From Octopus vulgaris (taxonomy: Eukaryota), in assembly GCA_951406725.2 (NCBI GenBank), contig OX597836.1, positions 47,244,001-47,308,000 of the forward strand: a stretch of 64,000 nt of DNA. The letters are read 5' to 3'. Numbering within the stretch: position 1 is the first letter of the stretch; every line of letters begins with the position of its first letter. Shown here one piece after another: positions 40,500 through 53,418 of the stretch. Under the pieces are notes generated by a model. It worked only from the letters and a program-made list of their open reading frames with translations. It was not told where the DNA came from and searched no databases. The translations under genes were made by a program, and so were the position numbers.

Positions 40500-41440
40500 A
40501 ATTTATACCTGATCTGGGTTGGGTGTTATTGTAAACAGCGATCTGCGTTGCACAGACCACATATTTAAGATTGTCAGGATGGCTGTGGGTGTCCTAGCAT
40601 CACTCAGTGAGATTTTTATCAGCCGCTCCCCAGCTATCTCTTCAAAACTGTATATGACAATGGTATGACTACGCTTAGAATTTGCATCACCTGTCTGGAA
40701 CCCCTATCTTGTTCAGCGTATAAATCTACTAAAAACTGTTCAGAAACGTGCAACAAAACGAACACCCGCCGTCAGGCATCTACCATAATCTGAAAGTCTT
40801 GCTTTCCTGATCATGGACACGTTGAAGCTCAGACAATTGGCAACTGATCTGGTAGACACCCACAAGATTATCAACTATCTTTCCAACAACAACTTTGGGC
40901 ACCTTTTTGAATTCCACATGACAAACACTCGTGAACTTGCTTACAAAATCAAAAACCTATTTCTTTATTACCCACAAGGGGCTAAACACAGAGGGGACAA
41001 ACAAGGACAGACATAGGTATTAAGTCGATTACATCGACCCCAGTGCGTAACTGGTACTTAATTTATCAACCCCGAAAGGATGAAAGGCAATGTCGACCTC
41101 GGCGGAATTTGAACTCACAACGTAACGCAGACGAAATACCGCTAAGCATTTCGCCCGGTGTGCTAACGTTTCTGCCAGCTCGCCGCCTTTAAGAATGTAT
41201 ATTGGCAGCGGAGGGATTCGAACCCACGCCTCCGAAGAGACTGGTGCCTTAAACCAGCGCCATAGACCGCTCGGCCACGCTAAAAACCACAGCATCCATG
41301 ACTTTCGGGAACCGTTTTTCATGCTCAGAATTGTTGAAGTATGGCATAAACTACCTGCATCAGTCGTTAGCTGTCGAGTCACTACATCCTTCAAAAGTTC
41401 CAAGATTCCTGAAATCCACCAACAATACACCTGATGACTT
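40500..41440 (+). mobile_element. CR1-like LINE 3' fragment interrupted by a SINE + tRNA insert
   Basis: LEFASPVWNP, VQKRATK, DL..THKI, TR...YKI | NHSIHDFR..FF.LRIV.VW.KLP; frame restored on removing 40958-41288. Confidence 0.8.
41203..41282 (-). pseudogene. tRNA-Leu(AAG) pseudogene (retroposed; first two G's missing)
   Basis: Minus strand TAGCGTGGCCGAGCGGTCTATGGCGCTGGTTTAAGGCACCAGTCTCTTCGGAGGCGTGGGTTCGAATCCCTCCGCTGCCA; type II tRNA-Leu; broken acceptor base pairs 1-2 and a T-stem mismatch. Confidence 0.9.
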
Positions 41441-41755
41441 CGGGGGTTTTTTTCTTAGTTGTAGTGCACCTAGGCCCTGTATACAACAATTTCTTCCATA
41501 TTTCATAGACCTGTTCAACACACGTATCTTCATCGTAACATTATTACACGTAAACGAACATATCACGATATGTAGAAATTATTCTGAACGAACAAACCCC
41601 AATAGGGTTATATTGTAGCTTTATTTTTCTTTTGTTGGGTGTATACTCTAAATTCTGAATGAATAGATATCACTAGAAAGCAATTACACAAGATCGTAAT
41701 TGGAAAGCGATTGGTGGAGTTGCATGAGAGTAAAACAATGAGGATATGTTTAGAT

Positions 41756-41975
41756 CAGTGGTTTTCAACCAGGGTTCCGCGGAACCTTAGGGCTCCGCCA
41801 CTACAGTCCAGGGGTTCCGCAAGAAGTTACAAAACTGCTAAAATCGGCAGTAATTTTTAATTCTCCCCTTGCAGATATGTGTGCATAAGACTATTAAATT
41901 ATTGCACAGGGGTTCCTCGAGCCAGTGGAATGTTTCCTTGGGGTTCCGCTCCAGCAAAAAGTTTGAAAAGCACTG
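41756..41975. mobile_element. hAT-like MITE
   Basis: TIR CAGTGGTTTTCAA / TTGAAAAGCACTG; 8-bp TSD GTTTAGAT. Confidence 0.85.
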
Positions 41976-42164
41976 GTTTAGATAGATATATGTGTGTATA
42001 TACAGATGTGTGTACATTAGTGCAAAATAAAAGAACGTGTGTGTGTGTAAGGATGCGTACGAGTAAATCCTCTTGAATTGATCTCACGCTATGAAACGAA
42101 ACGAAATCATCGCTATTATGTATGTATAGGTGTATGTACGTATGTATCTATGAATGTATGTACA

Positions 42165-42201
<37 letters not shown>

Positions 42202-42329
42202 GTGTGTTTGCATGCATGTATGTATGTATGTGTCATTATTCAGTTTAATTTCATGATTTCTGGCCAATAGAGAAAGAGCCTAACCTAGATCCAAGGCTCC
42301 TTCATTGGAATTTCAACATCAACAGAGTA

Positions 42330-42850
42330 TTTAAAAGGTATATTAATTTTTATGTGTTTGGGGTGGCATGAGTTAAACAATAGGTATTGTTTAGAATCTG
42401 TGGGTTTATAAGAGATGTCTGTTTCTATGTGATTGTTAATTATTTTAATTAAGATGTCTAGAAAAGGGAGTTGTTTACTGTTGTGTTCCATAGTGAATTG
42501 TATATTGCTGTGTATGTTGTTGAGCATTATTTTGAAATCGAGGAGTTTATCCGTGCTGTCTTTCCAAAGTATGAAGCAATCATCCAAAAACCTCTTCCAG
42601 TTCTCCTTTAAATAGCAATGAAATGAGGCGCCATAATTTTCTGGTGATGATTGGTATAACTTGAGTTCTAGGTAACCCATTACAGGGTTTGCAATCACTG
42701 GAGCAGCTCGGGTTCCCATTGCAATTCCACATTTGAAATAGTTGTTCAGCAGGATGAATTTGAATGCTGCGATTATGAATCTGTGGTTAATGCGTCCTTG
42801 GATCTCTTCTGGGTATTTTTCTAGCCAGAAGGTGATCGCTTCTATATCAT
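42330..42850 (-). mobile_element. Penelope-like RT fragment (second family)
   Basis: MGT.AAP..AN..MG, WKRFLDDCF, LPFLDI, YKPTD...YL...SCHP. Confidence 0.88.
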
Positions 42851-42911
<61 letters not shown>

Positions 42912-43071
42912 GGGTGGTTGTGAGAGGTAATGGTGTCAGTGAGACCCAAAGGTGTCAGGTAATGCTGAATAAGTGCTATGGATAGGCCATAGCTAAGTTC
43001 CAGGTTCGGTGATTATGCGAATAAGGGGACCAACTTAGGTCTTATATCAGCGTGTGTATATAAAAAAGAAA

Positions 43072-43185
43072 TTTCGTAATGAGATTTTAAAAAAACCCAA
43101 AGCAGTGTAGATTTTAGAACATTTATAAATATTTATAAATGTTCTAAAATCTACACTGCCTTAGCTTTTTATCTCATTACGAAAA
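43072..43185. repeat. Imperfect palindrome (about 55-bp arms) near the Penelope RT fragment
   Basis: TTCGTAATGAGAT...GCAGTGTAGATTTTAGAACATTTATAAAT|ATTTATAAATGTTCTAAAATCTACACTGC...ATCTCATTACGAA. Confidence 0.85.
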
Positions 43186-43673
43186 AATTATATATATATG
43201 TATATAAGTGAAGATGCATTGCTTTGTGGTTAGGGTGTTGGGCTTATGATCGTAAGATTATCGATTCGATCCCTGAACCGGGACATTACGTTGTGTTTTT
43301 GAGCAAAAACACTTCGTTTCACTTTGCTCCTGTCCACTCAATTGGCAAAAATGAGTAATCCTGTGAGATACCGACTCCCTGTCCAGAGTGGAGCGGGTGA
43401 CAAAGACATCATGGAAACCATGAAAACGACCCTTTGAGTCTACAAGATTCGGGAAGGATCTTTATCCTATGTATATACTCTTTTTTTTTTTTCAGTCATT
43501 ACACTGTGGCCATGCTGGGGCACTGCCTTGAATTTTTCGAGCCCGGTACTTATTTTTAAGCCTGGTACATATCCTATCGGCCTCTTTTGCCGAACCGTTA
43601 AGTTACGGGGACATAAACACACCAACACCAGTTGTCAAGCAGTGGAGTGGGGACAAATATAGATACACATAAC

Positions 43674-43713
<40 letters not shown>

Positions 43714-43894
43714 GACGAGCTTCTTTCAGTTTCCGTCTATCATATCCACTCACAAGGTTTGGGTCGGTCCGTGGCCATAATAGAAGACACTTGCCCAAGG
43801 TGCCGGGCAGTGGGACTGAACCCAGAACCATGTGGTTGAGAAACAAGCTTCTTACCACACATCCATATATACTTCATTTTAAAAAGCACTTTGG

Positions 43895-43931
<37 letters not shown>

Positions 43932-45398
43932 TTACTTTGCGACACGGAAGAGTCACCGTTTAATTCGAAATGTAATATAAGAAAAACAACGATTCTGATA
44001 GTTACCAAATTCCAGTCCTCACGTTTTGGGCAATGCCAAATAAGCAAAAGTTTTCTGAAAGTTCCAAATAATAAAAAAAAAGTTGTGAGGGTTTATATGG
44101 AGTGCTTAAATCAGAATTCAGCCAAAACAAAAAAAAAAAAGAAAAAGGTTTGCTATTTCTCAAACCTGGTATTTCAACGTATCATGAATAAAAAGATACC
44201 GATATTGTGTATCGAGGGAAATAACTCTCGTTGACTATTTTCTCGCTGAAGAAAAGTCAACATTTGAAGTTGGTAATAAATTTCATATGAATTTACAAAT
44301 TAGAACACATTTTTATATCAACGTATTGCTGTTTATTGCTTTTGTTTTTTATAGGCTTTATCATCTTTTTTAGCGAAAATTAGAATTTTAACCTTACAAC
44401 AGTCATACGTTTATTAAAAATATTCCACTGAACGAATACAATGTTTATTGCCCATACACTCGCGCACACATATATATATATATTTCTTTACTACCCACCA
44501 TGGGTTAAACACAGAGGGGACAAACAAGGACAGACAAAGGGATTAAGTCGATTACATTGACCCCAGTGCGTAACTGGTCATTATTTTATTGACCCCGAAA
44601 GGATGAAAGGCAAAGTCGACCTCGGCGGAATTTGAACTCAGAACGCAGCGACAGGCGAAATGCCGCGAAGCACTTCGTCCGGCGTGCTAACGTCTCTGCC
44701 AGCTTGTATATAACAGGGCAAAACGAAATATATTTAAATGTAAATAATATTTATGTAGGGAAAAAAAAACGTTTTAAGCTTCGATACAACGTTTTGGAGC
44801 CTTTCAACTTTCAAGAGCAAGTTACCGGACGTTTCTATAACGAGGGACAACTTTGAGTAATCACCGAAAGTGCGAACCTGATCTCTAAAATGTTCTTTAA
44901 TCGCATCGGATTCTTTACCAAAGAATCGAATGGAAATTCTCCTCTTTTACCAATAAATTGCCAATACTGCATAGAATTTCGTTTGTGTTAATTTTTTTCG
45001 TTCCTTTGTTAATCTTTTCCTCAAATCTTCCTTCCGAGAGAATTTTAGTTTCACTTTTTTGCAGATTTCGACGGAAAGGTCTACTAGAGACGAAAGATCG
45101 CCCAGATTTCTATTCCTCGTCGCCGAAAAGTGGCGTTTGTGTCCAAAAAAAAAGAAAAAAATTAAGGGTGGTTTACGTTGCGGACCTGTGGAAGTCTTGC
45201 CCATTCGGTTTCTAAGTTAAAAAAAAAATCAAGTCTTATCTTTACTTATTTTTCAGTGTTGAGCTGATAACTTTTTGTTTCACGCAAACAAAATCTTTCT
45301 TCCGGGAACTTTAGTTTCACTTTTCGACGGAGTTTACTCGAAATTCATTTCTAACCTCTTCGCCTATTCACCATCTGTTACGAAAAGGGACCAAAAAT

Positions 45399-46001
45399 AT
45401 GGGTGATAGACAGACCTCGAAACGGTTAGTGACCGTGTTAAGACATTCAGCAAAAGAAATGAACATCAATATCGATAGCAATGGGTTTGTTAAAGTAAGC
45501 GATTTACTAAGCATGAGAGAATTCGGGCATTTAACAGCAAGTGATATCAAACACATCGCGGATCACGACGAGAAAAAGAGATATTCCATAAAAAAGCAAG
45601 ACGGGGAATTAATGATTCGAGCAAATCAAGGCCATTCACTTCAAGTATGTGATTTAAATTTGGAACCAGTTTTAAGTGGAAGGAATTACCCGAACGTAAT
45701 TCATGGAACCCGCCCTCATTTGTGGAGTGTTATCTCACGAGAAGGTCTGAGCAAAATGAGAAGAATGCACATCCATTTCGCTATAGGGGAACCAGGTGAC
45801 CCCAGAGTGATCAGTGGCATGCCACCATATTCTGACATAATTATTTATTTGAATCTGAATTTGGCTTTAAGGGACGGACTGAAATTTTTCCTGTCCGAAA
45901 ACAAAGTAATACTCACTGAAGGAGATGAATATGGATTTATTAAGCCAAAATATTTCCAAAAAGTTATTGACAAAAGAACAGGAAGTTTGTTGACCTGGTA
46001 G
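45399..46001 (+). CDS. TRPT1: tRNA 2'-phosphotransferase 1 (Tpt1/KptA family), intronless, 200 aa
   Basis: Intact ATG-TAG ORF with LRH, G(F)V, KKRY, IRANQGHS, HGT, GLS.M.R.HIH, SGM, F.S.N.VILT.G...G.I.PKYF; AATAAA at 46429 and 46533. Confidence 0.93.
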   Translation: MGDRQTSKRLVTVLRHSAKEMNINIDSNGFVKVSDLLSMREFGHLTASDIKHIADHDEKKRYSIKKQDGELMIRANQGHSLQVCDLNLEPVLSGRNYPNVIHGTRPHLWSVISREGLSKMRRMHIHFAIGEPGDPRVISGMPPYSDIIIYLNLNLALRDGLKFFLSENKVILTEGDEYGFIKPKYFQKVIDKRTGSLLTW

Positions 46002-47329
46002 ATGTCTATATCTACGTATTTGATACAGAATCGGGACTGATAGGATCTGAGTCTACAATAGTTATGCATCCAAGTGCAACAATTTTAAATGAACAATAAC
46101 ATGCGTGTGTCACTGGACATCCTCCGAGGCAGCGCTTTTCTTATGTACGCAGGGTTTGCTGTTCGGGTGCCTAATTTGATTATACTTATATGTTTTTCTA
46201 AAATGAAAAAAGTTTACAGTAATTTCACTTTTTATACTATTAATTTTTTACTTTTTTTTTTAAATCGATTTATTTGTTGTTGTTTGCATTCGTTGGAAAG
46301 ACTTTCGACCCGCCCCTTTTTCTCCCAAATTTGTTTATTTTTGTAAATTTTTGCCAAAAGTCAAACATAAATATGTTTGCAAATTGTTTTTGTTATATGT
46401 TATTCTGTGTTTTTAATACTTTTATTTTAATAAATGCTGCTTACTGCAAGTTATGGATGATTCTTTTATGACTTCATTGCTTTCAGGCTTAGCTTAAGGT
46501 ATTTTCGTGCCCGACATCACAAAATGCGTCGGAATAAACATTGCCGGACAGCAAATAGAGACATTGCTTACTTTACTTTTACTTGTTTCAGTCATTTCAC
46601 TGCGGCCATGCTGGAGCACCGCCTTTATTAGAAAATATTTTAACCTCGTATATAGTACACACTAGGGATTTTGACCTTTAAATTTTTGGGGGGAAATGCG
46701 TATTATACTCGATGATTTACGGTACACAAAAATGTGACACGCTAATGATATAACTGTTTATTGAAATGTTCGTTTTATTTTCTATTTCTTCTTGCATGTC
46801 ATTAAGTCATCACTAGTTAGCTCCCTTGATTCGTGGGGCCCAACAGAACTTTTTTCTGAGTTCTCAGAAGGCGACCTAGTTTCAATTTCAAGTTGTATGC
46901 ATTTCACTTAATAAACCTTTTAAATTACTTTTACGATATCGTCTCAGCGTGTGGTCCAGTCGACCAACTAGAAATAGAAACCACATCTGCTTCAATATAC
47001 AATCCAAAGTAATGAGACTAAAAAACAGATGACAAGCAGAATAATGTCACCCTAGATACAATATATCAGAATAAAGATAAGATTATCCCAGCTGTGACAC
47101 CTTCGATTACACTCTTTACTCTTTACTCTTTTACTTGTTTCAGTCATTTTGACTGCGGCCATGCTGGAGCACCGCCTTTAGTCGAGCAAATCGACCCTGG
47201 GACTTATTCTTTGTAAGCCCAGTACTTATTCTATCGGTCCCTCTTTTGCCGAACCACTAAGTGACGGGGACATAAACGCACCAGCATCGGTTGTCAAGCA
47301 ATGCTAGGGGGACAAACACAGACACACAA

Positions 47330-47375
<46 letters not shown>

Positions 47376-48184
47376 GACAGGCTTCTTTCAGTTTCCGTCT
47401 ACCAAATCCACTCACAAGGCATTGGTCGGCCCGGGGCTATAGCAGAAGACACTTGCCCAAGATGCCAACGCAGTGGGACTGAACCCGGAACCATGTGGTT
47501 GGTTATCAAGCTACATACCATACAGCCACTCCTATTTTTTTTTTATTTTTTTTTTGTGTTTGGTCAATAAATACTATTTCCTATTTACTTCTGAAGGAAA
47601 TATTAGTTATTTTTCATAGTTTCTAGGAGTAAGCAATTAGGAAATAACAGTTGCTGCACGGGGACCCGATAGCATCCATTTATTTTTATCCTTAACAAAC
47701 TCTATGCTGTCATTTCTACAAACAACAGAATCAGGTATCTACACCAAAATAACAGCTCATCAATGAGACCTGAATGCAAGGGGACCATGTAACAGCATAT
47801 TAAGTATGTGTCTCACTGGGATTATTTGGTCTATTCTAGCAGCTCTCTGGCTTAGCTGTGTAATTGGCATCATCGTAACTGCTATCAATTAGTCTTGATG
47901 TTACAGCCACACCCTCATAGCCCATCATTTGCCACTACAGCTTGCTAGTGGCAAGAGAAAGTTACTGTTGACTGTGGCCCAGGAACGAAATTTACTTAGT
48001 GGGTGCAAACTAAGGGACATTATTTTTTACGAAAAAAGTGGATTTTTTCAATGCTAATATTAATGCAAATGCAGGTATAATAATAATAATGTTTATTGTT
48101 GTGGGGGTCGGCTGAAATGTCCATAGGCTGAGCAAGACTCTCTCATGGAATGGGACCAAATGAAGTTCATGTTTTAACATAGTT

Positions 48185-48600
48185 CCCATTACTGTCCACA
48201 CGCTTCCATCCGTAGTTGCAGTGCTTGGATCGCACTGGTGAAGAAGCTGTCCTGTTGGTCAAAATGGTCATCAACAGCAGATAAGATGTCATCATCACAG
48301 AGATACTGGAGCCCAGCTGAGTGTTTGTCTATGTTGGGAAACAGATGGAACCAAACCACTAACATAGGGAAGGTGATCAACCAGTTCAAAGCCAGCCACG
48401 CACAGCAACCTTTGAAACCAAGGAATTGTGTGCTGAAGCATTCTCCTAATGAAACAAGGCTCCCTTCCTCAGTTTTCTCTGAGCATTTCGTCTTGATAGC
48501 CTTTTGGCAAAGAACTCGCCATTGATGTTGTGAACATTCTGAAGATAGTCACAAAACACAAGGCCTTTTGCATTCCAAACAAACCGAGGCCATTACCTTC
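48185..48600 (-). mobile_element. Degraded mariner transposase C-terminal fragment
   Basis: FHLFPNI...DDDILSAVDDHFDQQD..FF..AIQAL..R.E.C. Confidence 0.65.
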
Positions 48601-49074
48601 TCTGCAGATGAAACGACCTTGCCTTCTTTGGAGCAGGTGAAGAAGAGTGTTTAAACGACCATGCAAAGGAGAGGTGACGAGAATGGCTCCTTTAGTACAC
48701 TGCACGGTCGATTACAATAAATGTGAAAAGTATGAATGAGCACAAGTGCCAGAAGGAAAAGGGAGACACAACCAGTCGAATGTTCAAGAAAAGATTTTAT
48801 TTTCAGTTTCCGTCTACCAAATCCACTCACAAGGCTTTGGTCGGCCCGAGGCTATAGTAGAAGACACTTGCCCAAGGTGCCACGCAGTGGGACTGAACCT
48901 GGAACCATGTGGTTGGTAAACAAGCTACTTACCACACAGCCACTCCTGTACCTACATGTGCATAAAACTTGTGCATTGAAAATGCTTTGCACATCCTCAT
49001 GCAAAGTTTCATTGTGAAAACAAAAATAGAAAATTTTTTTAGAATTTGAAGAACTTTTTCAGATGAGACAGAAT

Positions 49075-50549
49075 AAGCTGCACCGTTATTGTTGTAGCGC
49101 AATGTGATTGGTGACCCGTAAGCTACATTTGGTGGCTGGCCTTTGGTCAGTGCTACCAAACCACCCTCAAGGCTAGCCTGAAACGCACTTGTCGTGACAT
49201 TATTGTGGGGTCCAACTTTGGTGAGAATGCTCAGATGTATGAAGAATATTCCAATGTAGAGGAATGCAGGAATTATACACAGACGCATGCAAAGAAATGT
49301 TGAACTAGGCACAAATCAGATTTGAGAATATCTGCTAACATTGACCAATAGTCTTTGAAAAACTGACAGCAGCACAAGGATGAATGTCATCAAACCAACA
49401 TATTTGATGCTGAATGCAAACGTCAATGAAAGCCCAGTTATAGCCAACCATAACCACCATTAAAGATTAAATGGATCTTTTCCTTTTGAAGGCCAGATTT
49501 CAACACAATTTCTAGGGAAAGCGTGTGTATAAAATTATAGAATTATTTTGTATGTTAATTGTTTAAATTATTTTCCATTGCTTTAGTTTTTTTTTTACAT
49601 GCGTAACAATTAAATTAATTTAGCAATTAAGAAAAAAAGATTCAGGGTTAGGGGGAGGTTTAGGGTTAGTGACAGGATGTTGTCTCAGTTTTAGATGCAG
49701 CAAATGATCTTAGCTCAAAAGAGAGCATAGGATTGGTTAAAATTCGAAAAATTAAACTACGTTAAACAAACGAATTACAAATTTATCAAGAAAGCCAAGT
49801 GAAAATAATGTTTTCTTTTGACACATTCTACCAGTATACGAAGTTTTAAAGTGTTTAGTTAACTAGAAATTGTGTTGAAATCTGGCCTTCAATAGGAAAA
49901 GATCCGATTAAATTCCTGTTCAGTCATGTGGTGAAACTTTAGAAAACAGAGCAGGGCCAATGCTATGAAGAAGAGAAGCATGCCTTCCATCAGGATGAAA
50001 CGAGACTGCACAAAGATGGAATTGTCAAATAACACAAAGCTTGCAGCTAAAAGTGCTGCCCATTGAGAAAGATGAAGTTCCACAACTATTTGGTAAACAA
50101 GCGGAACCAGAAGACTTCTTAATATAGCTGGTAGTAATCGCAACTGGCTGACTGGGACTGTCGATAGGTATTCAGTTCCAATCCGATCCAAACTTAGGTT
50201 TCCCTGAAATCCTGTATAGGGTCCTGCCAGTGTTAAGAACAGCTTCCCCAGGGGAGGATGGATGTCGAAGAAAAATATATTTTGGAGATGCAATGAAATG
50301 AATTTAGCGAAATGAAGCTCATCGAACACAACAGCACTAGGAAGTCCAATCTGCCATGTTCTTGTAGCCAAAGCAGCAATAAGAAAATCTGGACCAAATT
50401 TAGTTCTAACTTGACAGAGAATGGTTTCTGTTCTTTCTTTGTAGGGCTCCATCACCCTGGTCACGTTCTTTGGGTAAGGCACAAGACTTGGCTTTTATGT
50501 TTTGTAACTGTTTGTACCTTTCTGTATTTCCCTCCACAGTTGCAGACAT
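49075..50549 (-). pseudogene. POMT1: Processed pseudogene of protein O-mannosyltransferase 1 (N-terminal half)
   Basis: Intronless ATR...VVFDELHF...FFDIHPPLGKL...LRLLPA...QSRFILME; after the MITE continues WWLWL...KYVG...GPH...SAFQASLEGGL...KGQP..VAYGS.ITLR; frameshifts; probable ancestral ATG at 50549. Confidence 0.88.
49473..49905. mobile_element. Merlin-like MITE (divergent subfamily) inserted in the POMT1 pseudogene
   Basis: TIR GGATCTTTTCCTTTTGAAGGCCAGATTTCAACACAATTTCTAG and its inverse; 8-bp TSD GATTAAAT; internal TTAGGG. Confidence 0.88.
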
Positions 50550-50944
50550 GGTTTATGGAGAAGTGAAATAAATAAATAAATAAATAAAGATTATTAAATA
50601 AAAGAAATTTCGAAAAGAACGAGAAAATGTTGACCAGCTCCACCTCCTCATGTTGGTTTGTTTTAAAAACTGCTTCATTTGTTCATTTTTCAGGGCTTTT
50701 TTTTACAATTAAACAAGAAAAACAAAAAAAATGACTCGATTGATAAACAACTATGAATAATGTGGTTTTAAAATAATCGGAAACTTCTTAACTCTGTATA
50801 ACAATTGTGCGTATTGCTATGCTGTCATAATGAATTAACTAATGGCTGGAAAACAAGAAACAATTCAGCTGGTTTCTAACGATATTGTCCACTTTGATAA
50901 CCACTGGTATAGAAGATAGAAGATAGATTATTATTATTATTGAG

Positions 50945-50979
<35 letters not shown>

Positions 50980-51531
50980 GAGTGAGAGAGCGGTGCATGC
51001 CATCAAAATGACACCTGGGTAAAATATACAAATCCCAGTATACCCATCATGACTACCCATCTGATAAGGGTACACCAGGCACATGCATCACAACCATATG
51101 TGCGCGACATGGTGATCTCATATCAAGATAAACAGCACATGACCTTGCAGGTGGGGCCCAGATAGAATTTTCTTCTGATCGAGTAGCCTATCCCGCTCAA
51201 AGGGTCCCTGAATAAGGATTGTTTAAGGATGTTGAATGAAACACCCATGTTTCCAAAGGTGAATTATCCAAACCTCCAAGAATTCCTTTCAACACACGGC
51301 TATGATGCGCCCCCACTACTTCTGTTTGTGATCAGAGACGCACATATCATCAGCCACTAAGGGACATGCTCAACTGATTAAGGTCAAACAACTGACAAGC
51401 AAATCTGTGGCATTGAGAATATTTGCTGTAGCCCATCTTTTACTCCAAGACAAAACAATGTACATGATAACACTTCCAATCAGTTAAGATCAGAAGCCAT
51501 GAGAACCACTGCCTGGTACTGCATCAGGGCA
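50980..51531. mobile_element. Non-coding 550-bp interspersed element embedded in (TTA)n; second copy at 53429-53884
   Basis: Two similar copies with an identical junction to the TTA array (GAGTGAGAGAGC...). Confidence 0.75.
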
Positions 51532-51558
51532 TTTATTATTATTATTATCATTATTATT

Positions 51559-51746
51559 CAGTAGTTTTATTTTTATAGCGTGCTTTCACTTCACTACTGA
51601 GTGCATCTCTGTGTGCCTTGGGTATGTGCTGTGATTTGTTGTGATGCTCTGATGGTTATTGTATGGAAAGTGTTCTGCGTAGGATGTGTGCAGCGCCTAG
51701 TAGTGCAATTTTCTGTATGTTATATGTGTTTGTAAGTCCTGGTGTT

Positions 51747-51752
<6 letters not shown>
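51559..51752 (-). mobile_element. 3' end of the R4/Dong LINE in (TAA)n
   Basis: Reverse complement of 4626-4820. Confidence 0.9.
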
Positions 51753-51786
<34 letters not shown>

Positions 51787-52547
51787 CCACTTTATATTCT
51801 GAGTTCAAATCCTGTTGAGGTTGATTATGGTATTTCACCCCTTCAGGATCAATAAAATACCAATTAGGCACTGGGCCTTGTGTGTTGAGTAGCATTTCAT
51901 TAGTCTTTACATTTTGAGTTCAAATTCTGTCAAAGTCAACTTTACCTTTCAGGGTCATTTAAATGAGTACCAGTTGGACGACAGGGTCAATGTAACCAAC
52001 TGGTTCCCTTCTCCACAAAATTTCAGGCCTTTATGCCTACAGTAAAAAGGATCATCATCAGTAACAGAAATGGGATGATGACCTGGCAAACTTGTTAGAG
52101 AGTCGGACTAAATTCTTTGCAGTATTTTCTCCATCTGATTTTGTTCTGAGTTCAAATCCTGCTGAGGTCAGCTTTGCCTTTCACCCTTTCAGAGTTGATA
52201 TCATAAGGTAATAGTCAAATACTAAAGTCAGTAGTGTTGACCGATCCATCCATGATGATAATGTCCAGTGACAAGTATGTTATTGAGGTTGTTGTTGTGA
52301 TAAGAAGAATGGTGTGGCCTCGTTAAACCAAAATTGGTTTTTTTATCTTGCTGAGGTTAATGAAATAAATATCAATAATTAACATATGCAGGAGTGGCTG
52401 TGTGGTAAGTAGCTTGCTTACCAACCAAATGGTTCCGGGTTCAGTCCCACTGCGTGGCATCTTGGGCAAGTGCCTTCTGCTATAGCCTCGGGCCGACCAA
52501 TGCCTTGTGAGTGGATTTGGCTAACAGAAACTGAAAGAAGCCTGTCG

Positions 52548-52580
<33 letters not shown>

Positions 52581-53373
52581 ATATGTTTGTGTGTCTGTGT
52601 TTATCCCCCTAGCATTGCTTGACAACCAATGCTGGTGTGTTTACGTCCCCGTCACTTAGCAGTTCGGCAAAAGAGACCGATAGAATAAGTACTGGGCTTA
52701 CAAAAGAATAAGTCCCAGCATGGCCGCAGTAAACAAGTAAACAAGTGAAACAAGTAAAAGAGTAAAAGAGAGAGAGTATATTACTGTACATTGGTTTCAA
52801 ATTTTGGTACAAGGCCAGCAACTTTAGGGTTGGGGTTAAGTTGATTGACAAATGGGTCAAATGGGTCTTATTTTATTGACTCTGAAAGGATGGAAGGCAA
52901 AGTCAACCATAGCAGGATTTGAACTCCCAATGTAATGATGGACAAAATACCACTAAGCATTTTGTCCCACATGTTAACAATTCTGCGAATCATGATAATA
53001 CTGGTTTCAAATTTTTTGCACAAGGCCAGCAATTTTAAGGGAGTGGTTAAGTTGATTATATCAACCCCAATGTCCAAACCTGGTGTTTATTTCATCAACC
53101 CTGAAAGAATGAAAGCAAAGTCAACCTCAGTGGAATTTCGACTCAGAATGCTGCCAACCATTTTGCCCAGCTTGCAAACAATTCTGTCAGCTTGTCACAT
53201 TTATATTACTGTATATTAAAAAGCAAGACAGCATTAGCTTTTATTACAAACCATAGTCAACATATTTGTCTATATTTAGAGAATGATGTTGCTATTTATA
53301 TTTGATTATTTAAAAAGTCCTCATTCAGTAATTTCTGATATTTTCTTGCTTGACAAAATGTAAAGTTCAACCA

Positions 53374-53418
<45 letters not shown>

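Noticed and set aside
41203-41284. Functional tRNA-Leu gene
   Set aside because: First two acceptor bases absent, T-stem mismatch, and enclosed in a TSD within a LINE fragment.
45399-46001. Bacterial kptA by horizontal transfer or contamination
   Set aside because: It has eukaryote-type features (PGDP.VISGM insert, VILT.G...G.I.PKYF tail) and lies among host repeats.
49889-50482. Functional POMT1 exon or gene
   Set aside because: Frameshifts, a MITE insertion in the coding sequence, and 3' truncation.
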